DNA of 64,000 nt from Octopus vulgaris. Taxonomy: Eukaryota. The stretch's first letter is position 1; every line of letters begins with the position of its first letter. The stretch lies in the NCBI GenBank assembly GCA_951406725.2, contig OX597832.1, forward strand, positions 32,736,001 through 32,800,000, given 5' to 3'. Below, piece by piece: positions 1-13,710 of the stretch. The position numbers and the translations under genes were made by a program. The notes under the pieces were generated by a model that was not told the DNA's origin, searched no databases, and saw nothing but the letters and a program-made list of their open reading frames with translations.

Positions 1-5
1 CATCG

Positions 6-6
<1 letters not shown>

Positions 7-72
<66 letters not shown>

Positions 73-144
73 TACACACACACATATATTAGTATATGTG
101 TGTATATATATATGTACATGTGTGTATATCTATCTATCTAAATG

Positions 145-176
<32 letters not shown>

Positions 177-317
177 CACACACATATATATATATATATA
201 TATGTATACATATATATGCGCGTTGTATTTATGTAGCGATGTCTTCAAATGCATAAATGTATACATGTGTGTGGGGAGGGCAGGTGAGTCTGTGCTTGCA
301 TGTACATATGTATATAC

Positions 318-390
<73 letters not shown>

Positions 391-400
391 CCTGTGTATG
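7..400. repeat. (TA)n/(TACA)n/(TATG)n compound microsatellite
   Basis: Direct reading; source of the YIYI/ICMY pseudo-ORFs. Confidence 0.95.
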
Positions 401-1099
401 TATGCATCTATCTTCCGCATGCTTGTGCGTGTATCCGTGTTCGCGTGTATGTGCATATATTACGAGGTTCGTGCTCGTGGGTTAAGCTATCCATGAAAAG
501 GATGCGTTTGCAAAAATCTGCATAAACAAAATACAATGCATTTGAACGTCTCTCACTCAAACGCCATGATGCAACGTCACCGGATAAAGATCTTGTTCTT
601 GTAACTGCTGTTGTTATTGCTCTTGTTATTGTTGTTGTTGTTGGTTTGTCTTTGTTGGTGTTGTTCTTTATATTCACATTGTTATTGTTTTTTTCTATTA
701 TTTGATTGTAAGCTTATCAACTGTTGTAGTTGTTGGTGGTTTTGAGTTCTTATTCAGCTTTGATCCAGAACACCAATGATGCTATTCATTGTAGTACTTA
801 TTTTTTCCATCGTTTATTTATGTCATGTTACATCTAATTAGAATTTTCCCAATAATTGTCTCAAATTCTTATGATTGTAGCTACTGGTGTAAATAGAATT
901 GAGCTATTACTTCTAGCTGACTAAACGATCAACCGGCGACGCATTTTCCGTTGTCTTCAAAGTTATTGAAAATTTATCTAATAAATGAAATCCGTTGTGG
1001 CCGCATGAATTCCTGTTGAAAGTCTATCGAAAATAAATGCCTATTTACTGCAGGCTTCTAATTATATACAAGTACATACATGTACTTCGGCTACCGAGG

Positions 1100-1960
1100 T
1101 TATTTGGTAAGGACTTAGGAACATCATCCATAAATGTCCACTAAAATATTTGACATATTTTATAAATACGCAGAAAGACAATATGTGCAAGGACGTGTTT
1201 AATAATAATGCACGAGCAGATCCTCACAAATGTATTAGGACACATTTCATAAAGGGATTAGAAAAGTTTGGGACGACATATTAACAGAATTCTCGAATGC
1301 ATAGAAGCACCACTGATGTACTAGAAGGGATTTACTAAACATCGAAGTGAAGATATTTTATGCAGGTCCTTTAATACGTTCGATAATTCCCAGAAACATC
1401 ATGAAAACACGGAGAAACAAGAAATACACAAGAATAGGTTTAGTAAAAATCAGGAATGCATTTCGCTGTTTCATAGGTGCATCTTTCATAGAAATAGTGC
1501 CATATTTCATAAATATATTGTGAAATATTTGATGAGTGCTGCAAAATGCTTGCATAGCCAGGAACACAACAAGAATACAAAGTTATTTCATAAATACACA
1601 ACAGGCATAGCAGAGTATTTCATAAATGTATATGACATACTTCACAGGCACAGAAACAGACTTCACAACTGCGTAAGAAACTTTAAAAACGCAGAATGAA
1701 TTTCATACAAAATGCAACAAAATGTCTCATGAAGGGCAACCCTTTATAACATCGTTAGAACACATTTGGTAAATGAGTAGGGAATGCATTCGTAAATACA
1801 GAGGAATTAATTACCTTCAGAGTGGCACAAGAGTAAATTTTCATAAAACCATGTGGCACAAATTTCATAAAAACACAGGCAGTAAAACGAATTTCATAAC
1901 GCCACACAAACACATATTATACATAAGAACCCAGGGACATATTTGTTAAAGAACCAGTTG
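1100..1960. repeat. Highly decayed ~22-23 bp minisatellite (core like ACATATTTCATAAATGCA)
   Basis: TTTCATAAA-like words recur with roughly 22-23 nt spacing or multiples of it; period estimated by eye. Confidence 0.5.
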
Positions 1961-2040
1961 AGACAGTTGAGCACCGGAATTTATTTCATTGATTAACCAT
2001 TTCCTTTAAAATTTACTGCGTTTGGGATAAAATTTGAAAA

Positions 2041-2080
<40 letters not shown>

Positions 2081-2630
2081 GAGTGAGAGAGCATTGCATG
2101 CCATTAAAGTGACACCGAGATAAAATATGCGAAGCCCAATCTACTCATCATGACTACCTGTCTGTTTAGGGTACACTAGGCACATGCATCACAACAATGT
2201 GTGCGCGGCATGGTGATCTCATATCAAGATAAACAGCACATGAACTTGCAGAGGGACCCAGTTAGGATTTTCTTCTGGTCAAGTAACCCATCCCGCTCAA
2301 AAGGTCCCTGAATAAGGGTTCTTTAAGGATGTTAAACGAAACACCCATGTTTCCAGAGGTGAATTATTAAAATCCCAAAGAATCCCTCTCAACACATGGC
2401 TATGATGCTCCCCCACAACTTCTGCTCGCGATCAGAGATGCACATATCGTCAGCCACTAAGGGACATGCTCGACTGGTTATGGTCAAACAACTGACAAGC
2501 AAATCTGTGGTATTGAGCAGAATATTTGCTGTAGCCCATCTTTTGTACCAAGTCAAAACATTGTACATGATAACACTTCCAGCCTATTAAGATCAGAAAC
2601 CACGTGAGCCACTGCCTGGTACTGCATCAG
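2081..2630 (-). mobile_element. Interspersed repeat, probable 3' UTR of an R4/Dong-like LINE ending in (TAA)n
   Basis: Abuts (ATT)n at 2042-2080. Homologous to 61667-62176 and to 4121-4190, where it is joined to an RT fragment. Confidence 0.65.
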
Positions 2631-2796
2631 GAGATTCCGAAGGAGGCCATGGTTGAAGCCGATGGCGATTTTGTTGAATAAATTTCTTTATTTCAATATT
2701 TTAATGTAATATTTGTAAATATATCTGTGAAAATGAGACGCCAGTATTATTTTCATTTTTACGTTATTTAGACGACAATTTATTAACCGACCCCTG
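2631..2796 (+). mobile_element. 3' end of a Tc1/mariner (maT-like) DNA transposon
   Basis: Encodes EAMVEADGDFVE*, typical of a DD37D/Tc1 transposase C-terminus. Ends in TIR-like ...TTAACCGACCCCTG followed by TA. Confidence 0.6.
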
Positions 2797-3509
2797 TATA
2801 AATAAATAAATAAATAGATATGTGTGCGTGGGGGGGTCGTATGTGTATGTGTTATTACGTTTAGAGGTGTGTGTGTATGTGCAACTGTGAAGATCTGTGT
2901 GCCCACATACATATATACATATATATATGGATATATGAATAAATATGCAGATATGTGTGTGTGTATGTGTGTGGACATACATATACATATAGAAACATGC
3001 ATATCTACATGTGCATGTCGCAGAAATGTGCTGCGTGTCTGTGTATGCATGTGCGAGTTGTATTTCGTGTAGAGTTATGTATATGTAGAGTTATGAAACC
3101 TAATACAGGACAATATTTGAAATCAATAAAAAAAAATATCTGCGAAAAGACATTTGTTATCGATCAAAAATGATTGAGCAAATGTAATTTTACCTTTCTC
3201 TTTACCTGAGGTTTCTGTGTATGCTTTTATGTGAAGAGGGGGTAGTTAAGTGATTGATTATAGTATCGATTGGGTTTAGTTGATGCTGTAACACCTTCCT
3301 TGTACGTAATTCACGAACCAAATATAACAATATACGCCAAAAAACAAACGGGGACAAATCTTCATAAAATATGAAAACCCCGAAACCCAACACAAATCCT
3401 CATCATGAAAAAACCCAATTTGAAATCAATTTTTAACAGGGACAATCCGACAAACGAAGTCAAACGTTCCGCTGATCATGAGGGTGGAATAAGTTTACGC
3501 CATTCATTC

Positions 3510-3594
3510 ATTCTTCTTCTTCTTCTTCTTCTTCTTCTTCTTCTTCTTCTTCTTCTTCTTCTTCTTCTTCTTCTTCTTCTTCTTCTTCTTCTTC

Positions 3595-3642
<48 letters not shown>

Positions 3643-3685
3643 TTCTCCTTATAATCATTATTATTATCATTGTTACAATTATTTT

Positions 3686-3743
<58 letters not shown>
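3510..3743. repeat. Compound trinucleotide microsatellite (TTC)n(ATC)n(ATT)n(ACT)n
   Basis: Direct reading. Confidence 0.95.
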
Positions 3744-3744
<1 letters not shown>

Positions 3745-4060
3745 GCGCGGTAATCTGACTGCAATGTTAGCAAACCGGACAAAATGCTTAGTGGTATTTC
3801 GTCCGCCTGTAATTTCTGAAATTTAATACAGCCGGGAGTCGAGAGAATAGGACAAGCTAGTTGATCAGCCCCTCCTCCTAAAATTTCTGATCTTGTGCCT
3901 CCATTACAAAAGATTATTTGTTCTGAGTTCAATCCTGGCATGGTCACCTTTGCCTTCGATCCATACAGGATCGATAAATGAATTGTCATTTGAGCACTGA
4001 TGTCTATGTTATTGACCTACATCTGTCTTAAAATGGGCGGCCTTCGACCAAAAGTTAAAA
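3745..4060 (+). mobile_element. Two decayed tRNA-derived SINE copies (family A)
   Basis: GTTAGCA..CCGGACAAAATGCTTAGTGGTATTTCGTCCG and TGAGTTCAATCC..CTTTGCCTTCGATCC match other family A copies in the window. Confidence 0.6.
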
Positions 4061-4120
4061 CCTTGTTCCCCATCAATATTTTTATTATTGCCATTATTAT
4101 TGTTGTTGTTGACTGATTGA

Positions 4121-4760
4121 TTGACGGAGAGAGCAGAGCATGAAAGTGACACTGGGGTAAAATATATCAAGCTCAGTATACCCATCATGCTACTCCAGAC
4201 ATTTCCATTGTTTTTATTATCCAGGAGTGTGGTATCCTATCGTATACTTTACGATAGTGAATCCAAGCTATTTTCAGGTTGGTTTGTCTTCCCTTGCACT
4301 TCCTTTTGATTAGATCATCAATTAAGTGCTGATCTTTCGTTCCCCGGCCCCTCTTTCGATACCCTTTCTGTTCAGTAGGTAGTAGCCTACTGTTGTCCCT
4401 ATATCTATATACTTCACCCACCAACGCATCTGGCATTAGCTTTCACATTAGCGGAAGACATGTTTTGGGTCTAAAGATGGATGCAACATTTCCGTTTTGA
4501 GGATCTCTGGTACGCAACAATTTCTTAACCTTTGTCATCCAGCTGGGTACTGCGCCTTTCTGCAAGCACTCATCTAGCTGTTGCACTATCCTTTCATGGG
4601 GCCCTCTCAGCTTCTTCATCCAATAACGTTGAACCCCATCCGGTACAGTTAGCTCTTTGCACTCAAATGCTTAGAAGTATTTCGTCCCTCTTTTTGTTCC
4701 AACCTTACATTCTGCTCAGGTCAACTTTGCCTTCCATCCTTCGGAATTGTTGAAATAAAT
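4121..4760 (-). pseudogene. R4/Dong-like non-LTR retrotransposon reverse transcriptase fragment fused to a 3' UTR piece
   Basis: Minus-strand translation FRPKTCLPLM*..EQKGYRKRGRGTKDQHLID..AWIHYRKVYDRIPHSWII matches the N-terminal RT motifs of REL-type LINEs; contains stops. Confidence 0.85.
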
Positions 4761-5514
4761 ACCATTCTAACACTTGTGTCAATGTAATTGACTTAACCCC
4801 CGCCCCACTAGAAACTGGCAGTCCAAGACAAGATCTGAAACCATTATACTGATGGCTTCAAATTTTAGCTTAATCCTCTTAGCAATATTTCTTCGGATTC
4901 ATTACATTTTGTTTCAAATCCCAACTACGCTATCCATCTGTATTAGGTCGATGGAATCAATTAAAAGTTATGTTCTCAGAATTGATGGCTTTATGAAAGA
5001 GTTTCTCAAATAACTCTGGAAGAAGACCAATTATCTATAAAGTTCTGCGAAACGTGTGCCGCGAAATAAAATAATGAGAACAATAATAGTTTTAAATGTT
5101 GGTATGTGTTAGTAATTTAAAAAAGACGGGGTTAGATTAAGCTGTTGACTCCAGTACTTGGCTGGTAGATATTTAATCGAACCCAAGAATATGACATAAT
5201 TTCATACTCATACATAAGTGAATGAGTGCCCTCAGTATTGCAGACATCATAAGCGATTTCATTAGCTATACGCATGAAGAACGAAGTCTTTCCTTCTTCC
5301 TTGTCCGCAATATTCCGCTTGAAGCACTATCTATCATGAGGGCGCATGTTTCTAAATATTATATATGTAATGTCACCTACTTTTGGTGTTAGGTTTTCTC
5401 GACATCAAAATTCTACATAATATTTAGATTACCAGGTTCATGTATATCTTTTCTTTTTATACATGTTTGTACTTATCACGGATGTGCTTATCTATGTTTT
5501 CTTAATTTTTTTTT

Positions 5515-6230
5515 ATTTGACCATGGACGCTGAGAGAAACTTCATCATGACGTCGCTTACCTTCTTTCTCAGCAAGTATTTCGCTGCCTGCTGCAATATA
5601 CTCAAAGTTTATTACATAGGTGACACGTCGTTATTGAGGGAACAGAATAGTTACCAGTCTTCACTCTGTCACTGTTCAGGGCTAGATCTTCAGACACCAC
5701 CGACAAACTCTCAGTGACCATCTTTAAATTTCCACTCTTGAACCATTCTCATGACCTGTCTTGATTTTCGTAGGATTGGTACATTTCTGGAAACATCTAT
5801 GCAAAACCATCCCTTCTAGATCATCCTTTTTATGACAGATTATTCTGCTTTGCCAAGCTTTCCTTTCGGGAAATTACATACAAATAATTTCTACTACTAT
5901 TGCAACATTTTAAAGTGGTTCTTCACTCTTTGCAATGTTGTGTTATTCTGACCTTTGTTCTTTATTCACACATGTCGGGGCCGTTAATAGCTTCTCTCCC
6001 TCTAATCTTTCGCTTCATGCATAAACCCTTGACATTTGCCTTTGGAGGAAGCTCTCCACCTGCTTGTTGCTCTCCTCTGGCTTCTTCGCTATCTAACGCC
6101 TCTATTTCATCTTCCTCCATTTCACCATTACAACATCATACAACAGGATGACATCAAGCTGACTGCGTGTCGATTGTATTTATCAGGTTCCCTGAATTAA
6201 ATTTCAACTCAATGCAAGCATCAATCACTT
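5515..6230 (-). pseudogene. Old R4/Dong-like LINE fragment (post-RT region to zinc knuckle)
   Basis: Minus-strand remnants LPPKANVKGLCMKRKIRGR and TTCHLCNKT..FEYIAAGSEILAEKEGKRRHDEV resemble the HPK..RLY..R..GGRGL and CCHC/RHD motifs. Confidence 0.65.
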
Positions 6231-7577
6231 CTTTTATAACATTAACGTGTTAGAAAAATCAGAAACGGTAATGCACGGGAAGAGATATGATGCAGAATTT
6301 TGTTTTGGAAGTTTGTCTCAAGGAGACCGAAATGTTTCCAGTGTTGAGTTGGATATTCTTGATTACCGGTTTGAAAGAAAACTTCCAAGGAAATACAGGA
6401 TTTGATTGAGTCTCATGGCAGAAAGATGAGGAAATCGTGTTTATGTAAGAAATTAAAACTACTTGTTTTAGAGTGTTGAATGCCATGTTTTCATTTTTTC
6501 GTTCCGACTCGTTACACTGGGATTTTAGATCAGACGAAGCAAAGTTTCCCCTTTCCCTCTTCAGGTTTTAAGGGAAAAAATTAATAACAGCCATGTGCTG
6601 AGAACGATTTTATTTGACTCGATCCCCCCACCAAATGTATGCATACATAAATTGTATTGAATATTTCATACGTCAATGTGCCTCCTTAAGTCCAATGGGG
6701 TGATGAGAGAGATGGGAGACCTCAAGCAACCTTACAAAATTGCCACAGCTAGGGCGGCATTAACAAGAACCAGCCTCATCACAAATATTGTTGATATTGT
6801 TGAGGTTAGAGCTGGTCTTGCAAACAAGAGCGCTAACTTTATTACATCAAGAGATCTAGGAGTTAATCTGAAGGTGCGATGGCTGCAAAAATGAAGTCGA
6901 AAACAAACAAAATATATATATATAAACATATATGTAGACACACGTATATCAGTTGAATAAAGTTAAAACATAGGTTGGTTTTCACGATTTTTTATTATAC
7001 TATTTTTTAAAATATTTTTTTTTCAATGTTGAAGAATGTTAAACAAAAGAAATTATTTTCTAATATTCACAAAGTTCAATTAACGCTTTCATACTTTTGT
7101 AGTAATCATCAGATTTCAAGATGTATTTAACTGACATTTCAGTTCTCAACAACTGTAGTAAAACGACTGACCTATTCCTTTTTATACCTCTTAGAAGGCT
7201 CCGAAAAGCTGAATTTTTCGAATACAGTTTTGACCAATCTGCCTGCAGCTTCGACGTCACGGTTTTGCCGGACGCACCGATATTACTGGCACAGATCCGG
7301 CCTTATTTTACCCAATTAGCTAAAATGGTTTCGGTCATTTTTATTTCAGTTGGTGTCAGTCTTCTGTGTTTATATTCATACGTTAAAGCTATTCTCTAAT
7401 CCACATCATTCACTGGTCGTTATATTATTGTTGGTATTTCCATTCAGAACAGGTTTGGACATTACAATCAACCGGTTTTCTTTCATCTTTATTCCAATCT
7501 CACTTGTGACATATAGTTTGTGGACAGGAAAAAATTAGAGACATTTTATGAACACAAACATTTGGTCAGAAAATGTT

Positions 7578-7812
<235 letters not shown>

Positions 7813-7980
7813 ATTCCAGTATCAATCCACCCCACCCACTCTTCTCTCTCTCTCTCACACACACACACACAGACAAACTGCATCTCTCTCTGCGTAAAAA
7901 TCTAAGAGTCTCTCAATCGCATGCGCAGGCTAATCAGTCACAGGAAATGACTGAGGATAGAGGAAGAGAAAGATACAAAT

Positions 7981-8013
<33 letters not shown>

Positions 8014-8752
8014 TAAACAGATAGAGAGAGAGAGAAAGAGAGAGGGGAGGGGGGAAGGAGACAGAGACTGTGGGAATGACACAGGAATAAATAGATTTGA
8101 AGCGAGTTGTTGCTGTATTCCGTCTAGACATGTAACCCAATGCATTGTATGTAAAATGGCGACGCTGATAAAAAGAAAGACGTGCAAGTAATGTTTATTA
8201 TGAATGCAAACGAAATCGTGTTTATGAAGGTAATGTCAAGGAGAGTGGAGTAACCTTTTCAATTTAGCTTCCAATAGGTTATCATGAATCTCCAACTAAT
8301 GGAACATTACTCGGAACATGAAGATCTCTGTTTACAGATTGATTCAGAAAACAGCGAGAAAACTTTGAGATAAATGTCAAGATTTTGAATGATAGTTTTA
8401 TATTTATTTTCAATTGTATAACAAATTCACCTTTAAAGAAACGAAGTGCGGTGTCGTGGCTGCGCTTTGTTTATGTATCTTTGCATGGCGGCTGTGACCG
8501 GCTCTGAATAGAGATGTCACTACAAGAGTAGGATGCAGAGCGATGACATATTAAGTGCATATAAATACACAAACACACACGCTCACACACACACACATAT
8601 ATGTATATATATATCCATACAGGCATTCATAAAACCAGGCATTAGCGCACAACCACGCATTCCGATGATGTGCTTGCGTGTGTGTGTATTTGTGTATGTT
8701 TGTGTGTGGTTATCTAAAATGTGATGAGTGTAGACATGTACACAAACAAGCA

Positions 8753-8753
8753 T

Positions 8754-8801
<48 letters not shown>

Positions 8802-8957
8802 TGTGGGAGAGAGAGAGATGCAGGTAGATAGATATATAGTTCGATAGATAGATATATAGGTAGACTAACAGATAAATACATAGAAAGATAGATACAAACG
8901 CATAGACAGCCAGACAGACTGACAGATCGATTGATCGATCGATAGATATTTAGATAG

Positions 8958-9014
<57 letters not shown>

Positions 9015-9125
9015 AAGAGATACGTAGAGACAGACAGACAGGCAAATAGAAAGATAGATAGATAGATAGATCGATTGATAGATAAATAAATTGATTGATA
9101 GGTTGATTGATGGACAGGGAGACAG
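8753..9125. repeat. (GATA)n/(GA)n microsatellite
   Basis: Direct reading. Confidence 0.9.
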
Positions 9126-9513
9126 ATACTCAGGTACCTTGATGATAAGAGCGAGGTCACAGTAAAAGGGAGATCGGGAGAGAGAGTGAGGAAAGGAGGG
9201 GAGAGAGGGGAAGGATGAATGTAGGGAAGAATGAGGGAGAGTGAGAGCGAGAAAGAGAGAAAGGATGGCGAAGACAGCGATAGCCACGTAGCTCGCTATT
9301 ATATAGAAATTTCTCTATGAATTTTATTAGTTGAAACGATTTAGAGAGAATTCGGTATGTTGTCTGTAATGATTTTGGTAAACTTTATCTTCAGAATTGG
9401 CGAAACAGACATACAGTTATGATCTGTTCTGGGCAGATGTTCGTTGTGTTTCTAATTTCCGTCTATTGAGGGGTAAGTAAGCTTACTATCATACAAACAG
9501 GTAGATACATACA

Positions 9514-9570
<57 letters not shown>

Positions 9571-9579
9571 ATAATAAAT

Positions 9580-9875
9580 ATTAGGGAATAAATCCAAATT
9601 TACAGGGAAAATCAGATTTAGGATTGAATCCAATTTTATAGTAAGATATTATATTATATTATATTAGAGACAAAACCACTATTATGCAAATCAAACAAAG
9701 AAAGACTTAAGCCAATACATAAAATAATTTATATAAATTAAATTTAATTAAAATAACCACTACGATCGTTTCGTGTCAGCACTTCTATGAGACATTCTTC
9801 ATGTGGTTTCAAAACCTTCTTTGCAAGTTTTAAACTATGTTTGATTTGCATAATAGTGGTTTTGTCTCTAATATA

Positions 9876-9880
<5 letters not shown>
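9580..9880 (-). mobile_element. PLE-terminus-like repeat with a 38-bp inverted repeat
   Basis: Perfect IR 9660-9697 / 9838-9875 enclosing a hammerhead motif; embedded in (TA)n. Confidence 0.65.
9755..9808 (-). ncRNA. Type I hammerhead ribozyme motif (C3 substituted)
   Basis: Minus strand reads aaccac-ATGAAGA-atgtc(13-nt loop)gacac-GAAA-cgatcg-TA-gtggtt: 6-bp stem I, stem II, palindromic stem III. Confidence 0.7.
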
Positions 9881-9909
<29 letters not shown>

Positions 9910-9914
<5 letters not shown>

Positions 9915-10138
9915 ATCACGTGACCGACCAGGTCATCAGATGTTGCTATACCTCGCTGGTCATAATGCGCTTCGCATTGTTTTAGCCTTCAAATGACGCC
10001 ACTCCGCTGGCTAAGAGAGCAGGCCAACAGAAGAAAGAGTGAGAGAAAGTTGCGGTGAAAGAGAACAACAGGGATCACCTTCACCTCGTGCCGGAGCCTC
10101 GTGGAGCTTTAGTTGTTTTCTGGGCCATTGCGCCTCCG
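9910..10138 (-). mobile_element. SINE-like repeat with internal deletion
   Basis: Minus strand starts GGAGGCGCAATGGCCCAG (tRNA-like head/A box) and is then truncated into a GC-richer body. Confidence 0.5.
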
Positions 10139-10155
10139 CTTATATAAATTTATAA

Positions 10156-10242
<87 letters not shown>

Positions 10243-10621
10243 CACACATACGCCAATGCATACATTCATACATACGCACACAGAGAGTGTAAAGTAACAA
10301 TCTGGATAAGCTAGGTTTTTTTTTAGAAAGAAAAATCAACCAAAAACACACAACAAATACAGTCTGTAAATGGCCCAGTAAAACTATGTAAGACTTGTCA
10401 AGTTACAAATGTAAAACTGGTTTTGTTCTGTACAGTTCAAATTAGCAGCCTTGCATCTTTGTTAGAAACCTGCTCCTTTCTCAACGGAAGCATTTATATA
10501 ATTAAAAGCAGAAAATAACAAACATACACACTTAAATGTTCATATACACATATATCCGCGCAAGCGACGTGGATTTAAATAGCAAAAAGAGAGTCCCCTA
10601 ACCTGGTCATTCTAAAGCGCA

Positions 10622-11072
10622 AAGGTTGCGGAGTCGTTAGCACACCAGACAAATTGCTCAGCCGAATTTCGTCCGTCTTTACTCTTCAAGTCCAATTCGG
10701 CCGAAGTCGACTTTGCCATCATTATTTTGGGGTCGATAAAATAAGTACGAGGTGAGATGAGGGGGCTGATATAATCGACTTACACCCCCTCACCCGCAAA
10801 CACACAAACATTGACGACCCTTGCCCAAAATTTGAAGCCAATATTTTGCCATTCATTTATTAATATTGAATGTTTTCAAGGCGGCGCGCTGGGAGAGACG
10901 TTAGCACGCCGGGCAAAATGCGTAGCCGTATTTCGTCTGTGTTCAAATGCTGCCGAGGTTGACTTTGCCTTTCATCCTTTCGGGGTCGATGAATTAAATA
11001 CCAGTTACAAACTGGAGTCGACACGCCCAATCCCACCAAATATCTGGGCTTGTGCCTAGAGTAGAAAAGAAT
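10622..11072 (+). mobile_element. Two tandem tRNA-derived SINEs (family A; ~10622-10835 and ~10880-11072)
   Basis: GGCGGCGCGCTGG..GTTAGCACGCCGGG..GTTCAAAT..GAGGTTGACTTTGCCTTTCATCCTTTCGGGGTCGAT..TGTGCCTAGAGTAGAAAAG. Confidence 0.85.
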
Positions 11073-11532
11073 ATTGAATGTTTCCTTGATAAGTAATAGT
11101 TATTCTGCACTACAACCAATTTAACCAATCGAACATACGGTTTGTTTGCGTGTACGCGCGAGTATGTGTTTGTGTGGAGGGGTGATTTTTACTCTCTGCC
11201 TGCTATGTAGATACACGGCATAAATGCAAGATCCCAGTAGTTTTCCTTTTTCTCATAACTTACTGAATCCTTTTACTTCTGTTTAATGAAGGATCGAACA
11301 TTTATCTCTTTCATAAGCGTATTTATTATTATTGCACATTTTATTCCACATTCGTTGGACTCGACTCTTATTTCTACACGTTTCAACACTGAAGCTTTTC
11401 GCGCCCGATTTCATATTCTTTGTTAGATTGTCTCTGTCTTGTGTAATAATTTTGTCTGTTTTTTTTTTTTTGTGGGCGATTTTGATCTTATCTTCTTCTC
11501 CATTCCTCTCTTTCTATCTCTGTTTCACTCTC

Positions 11533-11536
11533 TCTA

Positions 11537-11620
<84 letters not shown>

Positions 11621-11774
11621 CTTCTATCTATCTATCTATCTCTCTGTCTGTCTGTCACTCTAACTCTATATTTTATGTCACAATACTATGTCTGTTTATA
11701 GATTATAACGTGCATATATTATATTCCTATATATGTATGTATATATCGATATATGTTTATATATGCATACATAC

Positions 11775-11840
<66 letters not shown>
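11533..11840. repeat. (TATC)n and (TA)n microsatellites
   Basis: Direct reading. Confidence 0.9.
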
Positions 11841-11841
<1 letters not shown>

Positions 11842-13447
11842 GATATGTAGAAAAATACAAACTGAGACAAGAACGCATAAGAACTTAGAAGACGATTATA
11901 TATATACATACATACACACGCATATAGACATGGTTGTCTTTCTTTACTTGTTATTTTTTTTTCCAACGGTGAAATGAATGTCTAATGATCCGCTCGCCAA
12001 CGAATACTGAGACGAAGCCTCTTCAGACACCCGATATCTTCACTTCTTGTATATCATTATTTTTATTTACTTCACTAAGTACCGAACGCCCCCAAGAGAT
12101 TTCACTCTTTCATGCCAGGAATTATAATTTCTACCAAAATTGAATTTTTGTCATTGGAAATCTCTAGAATGCTGGAATTAATGTAATGTTCCTTCGCTTC
12201 GCTATCCAGAATGATAAAACCCCAATTGCTCTCGATTTTTTTAAAACATTGATTTACACTACAGCGTGTACATATGTATGTGTGGATGCATGTCTCTATG
12301 TATGCATGTATGTATGTATGTATGTATGTATGTATGTATGTATGTATGTGCGTGTGTGTATATATGTAAGCATATTTGTACATATAAGGGTGTACATACT
12401 TTCGTTTGTAATGATGCATAATATCATATTTTTTGCACTTATTTACACTCTTCTCGCTAGCCATGGCCAAAAGATATCCATGCATTATTCGTCTTCTTGC
12501 CTTATTGATCGCTGCTTTGTTTTCCTAATGCATTAAATTAATTAATGAAAGGGCGATTGTTGCAGAATTTGAATGGAAATTAATTCAGGGCGTCAGTGGT
12601 GTATGAAACATAAATCTGTAAACACATACACTTATTTCTGCGCGCACACACACAGACACACACACAGAAACAAACACACACAGACGCACACACACACACA
12701 AACAAACTGACACTCGCACATTCACACACATACACATGCACATACATATTCATAAGACTTTCTCTCTCAATCTTTTTCTCACCCTCTGTATACACAAGTA
12801 TACATACGGAGGAGGGTGTAATATATATATATGTGTGTGTGTGTGTGTGGCACATACACACGCACACACAACGTTTGCCTATCAGAGCAGAGTGCCGTGG
12901 AACCAACTGCAATTTGCGAAGGTGGGACGGCTGCTTAACCCGCATCATACTTCCGACAATTGTATTAGTTGTCTATATAGCCATCAACAGATATAAACGT
13001 CATCTCATCTCTTCCAAACTCTTACTTAGTTGCACATTCAAAATATGCCATCTGGGAGTGGGAGGTTGGCAGAGAACGAGAAAGAAAAAGAAAGAGGGGG
13101 AAAGGAGCGTACAGCTGCACACAGCTGGTACTCGTTTAGAGATTCGTAAAATGGGGCAAGATAAATTGAAAATTGAAAATCCTAGGACAGAACACATCGA
13201 ATGTTAATGGTTTTGCGATCTTATGATCATCAGCAAAACGTGGTGACCGCTTGGCATCGGCGTTGCCAGTCGCGAGTGAGTTATCTCCCTTCTAGCGATA
13301 TTAACAAAAGTGCGTCTACACCCTGAAAGCCGATAGCAGAGTTTCTCTCATAGTAAATAGAGCAGTATTATTCTCAGTTCTAATACAATATCCAATATTA
13401 AGTAGGAATAAATATTACCTTTTGGTGTTAATACGGCTTCTGTCGCT

Positions 13448-13507
<60 letters not shown>

Positions 13508-13509
<2 letters not shown>

Positions 13510-13710
13510 GCCATGCTGGACCGCTGAAATCTACAAGTTTTTTTTTTTCATTCTCTTTCTGTTTATTTTCCCTTATTTCTGTCTGTTCAAGAGCGTAGGC
13601 TCGAAATGTAAAAAGACTTTTTCATCTTACCCGAGCGTCAAATTAATACACTTGCTTTTTGTTCATACACCTGCATTCATCTTTTCTTTTACTATAAATT
13701 TCAACAATAT
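13508..13710 (+). mobile_element. PLE-terminus-like repeat with decayed hammerhead motif (13579-13615)
   Basis: Homologous to 17142-17340. Reads CTGTTCAA-gagc gtag gctc-GAAA-tg-TA-aaaag. Confidence 0.65.

Noticed and set aside
1100-1960. CRISPR-like repeat/spacer array
   Set aside because: Eukaryotic context, repeats short and non-identical, no cas genes.
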